Source: Octopus vulgaris
Taxonomy: Eukaryota
Direction: 5' to 3'
DNA: 64,000 bases
NCBI GenBank assembly: GCA_951406725.2
Contig: OX597816.1
Coordinates: 83,824,001-83,888,000 of the forward strand
Shown: in pieces, positions 55,660 through 64,000 of the stretch
How the letters are laid out: each line of letters starts with the position of its first letter
Numbering within the stretch: the stretch's first letter is position 1
The notes under the pieces: model-generated
Databases searched by the model: none
What the model was told of the DNA's origin: nothing
Seen by the model: only the letters and a program-made list of their open reading frames with translations
Made by a program: the position numbers and the translations under genes

Positions 55660-58536
55660 GTGGGGTTAGCATCGATCAAGGGGAGAAACTGTCTCAGTAA
55701 AGGATCTAACAAAAGATATATAATAGAAAGTAGAGTAATAAATAATAAGTAAATAAAGCCTCTCCATGTCCGGATTAACGATACATCTCGTGATGATGTC
55801 ACAATAAAAACAATGGTAATTGCGCAACCTGATAATCGCCACCTCATATGAGTGACAATGAAAAAACAAAATATTGTGAATAACGGTGGTAACGAAACTG
55901 ACAGTGTTGCACGCAGCAGGCTCAGAGATTCTGGTCCAGCTCCAGCCTGTCGATATCCAGAAAGGGACCACCACACACGGCATAGATGGAGCAAGCAAAT
56001 TAATGCTGTTGTCATGGAGTATTACTACCTGAGCAACCCGGTAGATGAAAATGATGCTCAGATTAGGGGTTACCGACAACGTATGTATGATCATTGGAGG
56101 GAAAAGGGATTGTTTCAACTCACAGAACAGAGACTACGTGATTAAGCTAGAGCAATAAGAAAACATCGTTGGTTCACATAAGTAGATCTCGAAGCTATCA
56201 AAAGGCGGCTCTTGGAAAATAGCAGCAGAGATAATGGTGAAAATGCAGTTCTTACTAATAGAAGTAATCTATTAGCACAGGAAAGGAGAAGTGGTAGTTT
56301 ACTTGATATTAGGGATATAGATGATCTAAAAGAAGACAATGAAACTAATGGCTACATGACAGATGGACAAAAGGAAATCTACGAAAGAATAAAGGCAAGA
56401 CTACTGGAGAACGATAGCGACATTATTTTCAAGCTTAAAAAGGTAGGTCGGTGGAAATTGAGCCAAGAAAAATGTCAATGACATTCTGAAACACATCAAA
56501 ACAAACAACATCGCAGAAACAAATAATTTGATCAAGGCGGCAAGTATTGTTGTAGCAGAAAACGTGGGTGTTGATGTCAAGAAAAAGAAATATAATGGCA
56601 GTGACAAAAGAAAAGATCCAGAGTGGAAAAGTATACAGGCAGGGTTGGATATGCTCTCGAAGGACATTTCTGTGTTATACCGAAAAGAAAAGGGTGAGGG
56701 CTTAAAAGCGAAAAAAATTACAGGGCGCTGGAAAGGAAGTATAATATTGAAAGAAAGTACTTGAAAGTGGTAATAGAGGAACTGAAACAGAGTCTCGTTG
56801 CAAAGAAAATAGAGATGGTAAGATACGACCAAAGAATGAAGGGTTACGACCAGAATAGGTTATTCAGAGTTGATCAGAAGAGATTCTATAAAGAAATAAA
56901 TGGAGAGTGTACAGATGAAAAGTTGATATTAGATAACAATGAAAGTCAAAGATTTTGGAGTGACATCTGGAGCAAAGACAAGGAGCACAAGAAGGATGCT
57001 GAATGGTTGCAAGAACTGAAACAAACAGTAGTTTGTCCCAAACAGGCAGAACTAGTCATTTCAGTTAGGGAAATGAAGGAAATCAGCAAAAAGATGAGCA
57101 ACTAGAAGGCCTCAGGACCAGATGGATTTCAACGCTATTGGATCAAAAAATTTGGTGAATGTCATGCACGAATAGCTGCGCAACTTAACACCTTGTTAAA
57201 TACCGACCAAGTAACACTGGAGTGGTTGATAGAGGGTAGGACAGTACACTGCTTGAAAAACAACGAAAAAGGCAATACTGTAGACATTTACAAGCCGATA
57301 TATTGTTTGCCACTTAAGTGGAAATTATTGACTGGAATACTCGCAGAGTCAATGCACGAACATCAGGAAAAAAAATGGAGTCTCGCCACATGAGCAGAAG
57401 GGTTGCAAGCGTAAGTGCAGAGGTAGCAAGTATCAACTCCTAATAGACAAAACTGTATTGCAAGAGGAGGAAAAGTAACTTAACCGTGTCATAGATCGAC
57501 TATCGTACACTCTTGGATAAGAGTGTGAATTATCCCCACTGATCTTTGTACTGTGCTTGATACCACTAACACTGATTCTGAGGAAAGCAAAAGCTGGGTT
57601 TGTATTCAAAAGCCACCAACAAAAAGTCAACCATTTGTTATTCATGGTAAAAATTTAAGGTAAAAATAAGCCCAAGTCAGTTCCATCGTTGATATGGTGT
57701 ATACTTTCAGTGCTGATATCAGAATGGAGTTCGGACTCAGAAAGTGTGTTGTGTAAGTCTTGAAGAGAGGCAAAATCAAATGTAGGGTGGGGGCTAACGA
57801 TACCGTCGGGGGAGGTCATGAAGCAGATAGAAGAGACGGGCTATAAGTACTTGGAGATTTTGGAAATGGTTAAATTGATTGAGAAAGAAATGACAGAAAA
57901 ATTTAAGGTGGAGTATTTGCGCAGAGTGAGACTGATCCTTAAGTCGAAATTAAACGGACGGAATAAGATTGATGCTATCGACACCTGGGCAGTTTCACTA
58001 GTTTGATATGGAGCAGGGGTAATCGCATGGATAGTAGACGAACTAAACAGCTTAGACAGAAAAACAGGGAAGTTGCTGACTAGATATGGGACACTCCACC
58101 CAAAAAGTGACTCAGTCAGATTGTATGTACCAAGAAAAATATGGGGAAGAGGACTTATTGGCTGCTATTACAGCATTAGAGCAGAAGAAAACAACATAGC
58201 ATGGCATGTAAAAAAGACTACAGAACCACTAGTATTGGAAGTAAGAAGGTCAGGCTTTTGTAGGATGCAAACATAAAGCACTGAACAAGCAATTGAAAAC
58301 GAATGAAGCTGAAAATAGGTGGGTAAAGAAAAGAATGCATGGTCATTTTTACAGGGACGTTGAAGATAAGACAGACAGAGAAGAAAGATGGCTGTGGATG
58401 ACTAAAAGTGATTGAAAACCGGAAAAGGAGGCTCTCATCTGTGCTGCCCAAGATCAAACAATAAGAACAAACTACATAAAATACAGAATAGACGACACAT
58501 CAGAAATTGATAAGTGCAGCTCTCTCACTCAATAAT
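55660..58536 (+). pseudogene. Degenerate, internally deleted R4/Dong-clade non-LTR retrotransposon ORF (N-terminal domain and RT)
   Basis: RHRWSKQINAVVMEYYY...RGYRQRMYDHW...TEQRLRD*ARAIRK; YDQNRLFRVDQKRFYKEI; FWSDIWS; KASGPDG; YKPIYCLPLKWKLLTGIL; EQKGCKRKCRG; LSPLIFVLCLIPL; NHLLFM (catalytic DD lost); YKYLEILE; LHPKSDSVRLYVPR..GRGL. Many stops and frameshifts. Confidence 0.85.
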
Positions 58537-58544
58537 ATTAATAT

Positions 58545-59290
58545 AAGAGGAATTAAACAACCTTGTTGGAAAAGGAGAATTTCAGAAGATATAAACATAA
58601 GCAGGAAAAGAAAAGGAGAAATGAAGAATGATCACAAATTTGAAAAAAGTGAGTAAGAAGTGAGAAATACATTAAGCATAGATTCAAAAGATCTGAACGT
58701 TGCAACTGAAAAACTGAAGCAGCGCATACTTGCGAAAAAAGCAAAAGTAACTAGGTTTGAGCAACGGATTAAGCAATACCGGCAAAACCAGTTGTTTAGA
58801 ATCGACCAAAATGAAGATTTTATCAAGAAATTGATGATGATTTAGAATGTGAACGGTTAGATCCTGATGTTGAAGAAATTCGACAGTTCTAGGGTAAAAT
58901 ATTGATTGACATGAGCATACCTCGTGACCATAATATCTCAGCAAAAGAATTTGATAAGCTCAGAAAATATAAAGATTTGCTCACAGAAATCGAAAATATG
59001 TGGTATCTAAAGACAGTTGCAATACCAGAGTCGGAGACTAGCAAAATCCTCTGGGATTCCCCCAATCTAAATAGGTCAGATGCATAACATACCGGACATA
59101 GTGGTGGACAAGTTGCACCACATAAGCTATATAGTTGATGTTGCGTGCCTCATTGGCCCACGAATAGTAAAGAAGGAAGGTGATAAGATAGATAGATAGA
59201 TACAACCCTCTTAAGTAGAAATAGCTCGGCTATGGAAAATGAAGAATGTGAAGATAGTGCCAATTATTGTTGTGTCCCTGGGATCCAAGA
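58545..59290 (+). pseudogene. Further R4/Dong-like fragments (pre-RT region fused to endonuclease regions)
   Basis: KQRILAKKAKVTRFEQRIKQYRQNQLFRIDQ; IDMSIPRDHNISAKEFDKLRKYKDLLTEIENMW; IVDVACL...IARLWKMKNVKIVPIIV. Confidence 0.75.
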
Positions 59291-60600
59291 TGGAGTCTGA
59301 ACTTTCAAAATGTGCTGTGATGGTGATCAGATAAGGGAAATTTGTCAGATCAGACGGTATATGTATGTAAAGTGGTAAAATGATGAAGGCAATTGAACCT
59401 AAGTCCGGTTATAAATACCAGGGAACATTTAAGCATGATGATATGAAAGAAGAGGCAAAGAAAAAGAATCTACGGCGACTGAAAAAGATACTGGATTCAA
59501 ATTTGAATACTAGAAACATTTCCGGTAATAAACTCGAATATAGTTGCGGTGGTTCGGTATGGAGCTAGAATTCTGAAGTTGACAGAGGATGAGCAAAAGG
59601 AGCTGGACAGAAAAACAAGAAAGCTCCTAACCATGCATAGAGCCCATCATCCACGTGCAAACATTGCTTGTCTATACATGAAGAGAGCAAAAATCATGGA
59701 AGACTGCTTACATATTGAACATAGAAACTTTTTGAAATGTCTAGCCCTAAGTGAGGAAACCTTCCTAGTAGTAATTAGCGATGAGGGCAGATTGAGAGCA
59801 AAACAAAAAGAACAAATCAAGAATTTCAAGAAGGACATGAAGAAGCTCTACACAACAGCAGACTACAGAATCAATCCGATATAGCCATAGCTGAAGTTGC
59901 TGGAACACGCAGATGGAACTGATTGAGAAAGGGAACATTGAAAAAAAGAGACTGAAAACACTGTACTTACAGTGCAAGACCAATCTTTGGCCACAAATAG
60001 AAGGTCAACCTTAGAAATGAGCAACTGTTTCCATTGTACCGAATTTGTAATAGATTTGACGAAACCATTGCTCATATTGGGAATGAATTGTCCAAAACCA
60101 ATGTAAGTTGTGGCAACATGATGAAGTAGAAAAAGTGTTGCTTTGGAAACTGTGAAATGTGGGAGTTAGAGAGAGGCAAGACACGGTACGAACACAAAAC
60201 ACAGAGACTGGCAGCGACGAAGGCTTGAAAAATCCTGTGGGATTACTCAATCCTAACGGACCATGTACTTGAACACAACAAACCGGACCTAATGGTGGTG
60301 GTAAACCACATTTGCTCTTATATTTATGTAGCATGCCAATATGACCCACGAATACTTAAGAAGGAGGGCGAAAAAAATTATGCAATTCTGTTCTGTTTGC
60401 GATAGCCTGACTGTGGAAAATGGAAAAGGTGAAGATAGTGCCAAATATTGTTGTGGCTTCGGGGTTAGTATCAAAAGGTATTTAGAAGAGTATAAAGGAA
60501 ATGGGAATAGAATGCTCAGCAAAGTTGCTACAAAAGGTTTGCTTCTTTGGCACTACCAGAATCACCAGGGAAGTATTAGATAGCGGAAGAGAACAAATGG
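59290..60600 (+). pseudogene. R4/Dong-like fragment (RT end to endonuclease)
   Basis: GYKYQG...LRRLKKILDSNLNTRN; VRYGARILKLTEDEQKELDRKTRKLLTMHRAHHPRANIACLYMKR; KPDLMVV region. Confidence 0.75.
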
Positions 60601-60719
60601 CGTGGTACTGCAGGTAACAAGCGTGCCACACAGGCAAAACTTCAGGAGTTAAAAAGAAAACTTAACATTGCAACAACAAAACAACAACGATAATAATAAT
60701 AATAATAAAGGTAGATAAG

Positions 60720-61140
60720 GAAAAAAGGAAACTAAAATCATAGATATTGTAATACTTGAGATGCACGCATAAGTGACAATGAACTAGAAAAGATTGAAAA
60801 TTATAGACTACTAAAAAACGAAATTGCAAGAATGTGGACTATGAGAAGAGTGTCTGTCATTCCAGTAGCTGTAGGAGCACTCAGAGCACTAACAACTAAT
60901 TACGAGAAATATGTAAAAGAAATCGGAATTGACATGAGAACAGAACAAACCCCCAAAACTGCTCTGCAGGAGACAGCTAGGATTTTGATATTGGGACTTG
61001 GATGTTTAATGTTTCACCCGATAATTAACAACCAAGTATCAAAGCGTATAATGTGCTGAGACCTCTGACAGCAGGCTGCTGTCCGCCCTCACAGAAACTA
61101 CCAGAACAAGCAATACCGAGCGTTCTGAGAAGCAAAACAA
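60720..61140 (+). pseudogene. R4/Dong-like 3' end fragment after an (AAT)n tract
   Basis: ELEKIENYRLLKNEIARMWTMRRVSVIPVAVGALRAL...KTALQETARIL. Confidence 0.75.
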
Positions 61141-61269
61141 CATTAATCTACTATAATAATACTGTTGTGTTTTTCTCCGTCACAGCATATGAATGAGAAA
61201 GAAAGGGGCGATAAATAAATAAAGAAGGAAGGAGTGATGGCAATCTTGGAAGGTGAATGATGGAAATTC

Positions 61270-61372
61270 TATGGTGAAAAAAATCAAACAGCGTTTCAAG
61301 TCTGTGTGAGTACATGTTTGTGTGTATGTAAAAGGGAGGTATGTGAATGTTTGTGTGTGTGTATGTGTTTTC

Positions 61373-61454
<82 letters not shown>

Positions 61455-61575
61455 AATGGAAGTGGGATGGTGAACATTCAACGCTGAAAAGAAAAATCAA
61501 ACAGCGTTTCAACTCTGTGTGAGTATAACTGAGTATGCGTGTGCAAGGGAAGTGTGTGAATGTTTGTATGTGTGA
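61270..61575 (+). repeat. Diverged tandem duplication (~215-bp period) around a (GT)n tract
   Basis: aaaaatcaaacagcgtttcaa.tctgtgtgagta...tgtgaatgtttgt at ~61278 and ~61492. Confidence 0.75.
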
Positions 61576-61744
61576 ACCAACGTTCTTTCAGGCACAAACG
61601 ATGTCACCTCTCAAAAGACAACCACTAGATAACATTGACGAGTATGTTAATTTGAATTACCATCCATAATCTCTTGTCCTTATGAAATACTACAATTAGC
61701 CCTCATTTTTGACGACACGGTGTCAGCTAGTAATAATAATAATC

Positions 61745-62100
61745 TTTTCTATTATAGGCGCAAGGCCTGAAATTTTGGAAGAGAGACCTAGTCAATTACA
61801 TCGAGTTCAGTGCTCAACTTATACTTTATCTTATTGATCTCGAAATGACGAAAAGCAAAGTCGAACTTGTGGGTATTGGACTCAGAACGTAAGGAGTCGG
61901 AATATTATTAAAAATAATATTTCTAATTTAGGTCCCATAGTCAGAAATTTTGAGGAGAAGCGATTACTCGATCACGTTGACCTATCTTTTTATTGGTACT
62001 TTATTTCAGGGAACCTAGGAAGATGAGAGCTGACTCCAGCGGGATTTTGAACTCCGAATGTAGCGAGCTGGAACGAATGTTGCAAAGTATTTTCCGATGC
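61745..62100 (-). mobile_element. Two degenerate tandem family B SINEs after (AAT)n
   Basis: ataggcgcaaggcctgaaattttgg...gcaaagtcga...actcagaacgtaa, then a second weaker copy. Confidence 0.6.
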
Positions 62101-62864
62101 AGCCGTTTAGTTCGAGTACGCAAAAAAAAAAAAAAAAATTTTAAGGGCTTGGGAATAACGATGTAAAGTTTTGACTAAAATTCCTAACAGATAATGGCTC
62201 AGTAGTTGCGGAAATATTCAACAGGTGTACTGAAAGCGAAAGGGAGACGCTATTTTAACCACAAATGACAAAACAACCAGCACCTAAAAACTATTGACCA
62301 ATAATCCATTTGCCTCATGTAGATGATATTGAATAGCGGGAAAAATATACATTTCAGATGATGCAAAGACGGTTTACGATATGAAGATCAGTTATTGTTA
62401 AATAAAATCTCGCAAATAAAATCTGTAGAAAAAGAAAAAAACCCAATGTGGACTAGTGTATAGTATGGATTATTAATAGAACGGTTTTGAAAGTGTTCCT
62501 TACTCTTGGATTTGGAAAACAGTGACCATAAGCAATGTAGTGCGCATAACAAGCATATACATACAACCTGTTATGAAATTATGGCAAGCAATGCTATAGT
62601 TACAAACAAGAAGGGATAACTAAGACCATTGCCATTAGAGAATATAATACCCAGGGAACTTTCTCTGTCTGTCTGTCTCAACATTTTGCTCCTAGGCCTT
62701 AACACTTTGAATCATCATTCTAAATCGGCTTGAACTCAAGTGCAAATTGTCTAAAACAAATCAACTACTTGAAATATTTGCACGGACTAAAATATATATT
62801 TTGATTTAGAAATGTCATGAACCCTAGGACTTGAAGCCAGAGCATAACTCAATTTTCATGATAT

Positions 62865-63088
62865 ATAAGAGACCGAAATTACAAAACCTCCTCCTGAACG
62901 AGACGCCAGTTTACCGCATGGTTAAATTCCCAGTTATTGCTGGAATTCGTTTACAGCTGAGTGGACTGAGGAAAAATGAAATAAAATGTTTTGCACAAAA
63001 ACACAACATACCATCCATTCCGGAAATCGAAACTACAATCTTATGATCATGAGTATAATACTCTAACCACTAGACCATACGCCTTCGT
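62865..63088 (-). mobile_element. Family C SINE (diverged, third tail type)
   Basis: cagctgagtggactg...tgaaataaa.tgt.ttgc.caa..acacaac...taaccacta..cca..cgccttc. Confidence 0.65.
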
Positions 63089-64000
63089 ACACACACACAC
63101 ACACACTCAAGAAATAAAAGTTAAGAACAAAGTATTAGAGACATATTAAGTTAAGTTTGGAGAAAGAACTAAATGCCGAGAATATGCATAAGTAGTTGCA
63201 CTATAACCATTTCTGTAATATCTGTGGTTATAGTAATTTTAACCAGGAACCAAGTGAATTTGAAAAAAAAAGACAACAAAACAATGATTGCATTTGAATA
63301 CACCGCTTAAAATGTTACACAGAAAGATTATATTTTGCACCAACACAGATAAGTTAAAATGTTCTGTAACTAGAAGAAAACTGTTACAAAGTCTCTTGTG
63401 CGAGAATAATGAAATATCTTGTTCAGAAACAAATTTAAATAACTATAAGGCAAAATAAAAAGTAATTCTTTCCTGTCTTCAAGGGGAACAACAATTATGA
63501 AACAGCGACTGGATAACCGCCATTTTGATATGGATATAGAAAAGAAAATGACAGAATGCAAACACACACGCATAAACATACCAATATGAAGATGTGTATA
63601 TTTCTCCCATGTATTTTAGGTTATATAAAAAAAAATAGAGATAAAACCATTCATACATACGAGCATACACATGTATAATCGTGCTACACATTTATATGTC
63701 AAATATCATGGAGGCAATTGGACATGTTAAGGCACATAAAATACAGTACAGACATATACCCATACACGGTCTCATAAAATACATAAATATATATTTGCAT
63801 ATACCAGCGTATATTTATAGATCTATATTTGCATATACACCCACCCACCCATACACACACTCACACACACAAACATATAAACATACACATACAAATAAAA
63901 CCTGTATATTTTTCAAAGGAGTAAGAACTGAATTTCTTTCGAATAAACTGCTTAAATTTTTCATGATTTTATATTGCTTTGTTTTGTTCAAGTTTTATAT

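Overview
AT-rich, microsatellite-saturated animal genomic DNA. The SINE families and repeat landscape point to a coleoid cephalopod, most likely Octopus (inference from recognition; no database search was run). Only one convincing host coding exon is present: an 864-nt phase 0-0 exon on the minus strand (53169-54032). It ends in HHWTFQEQFKQ, the motif immediately before the ARID domain of ARID3/dead ringer (retained) proteins. I could not find the next expected exon (LYEL...DDLF.FMQKRG) in the 53 kb downstream, so most of the window appears to be one very large intron. The non-coding DNA holds three tRNA-derived SINE families (often tandem or nested), an RTE-type LINE 3' end, a Tigger/pogo-like MITE, and a ~7-kb same-strand pile-up of R4/Dong-like retrotransposon fragments at (AAT)n tracts. 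It also holds several short (TA)n-bounded elements in inverted or tandem pairs that carry degenerate hammerhead-ribozyme-like cores, consistent with Penelope-like pseudo-LTRs. A consensus recursive-splicing-like site (Py-tract CAG|GTAAGT) lies in the gene's orientation about 18 kb into the intron. Nearly all ORFs in the supplied track are microsatellite artefacts. Repeat boundaries are approximate, read by eye.
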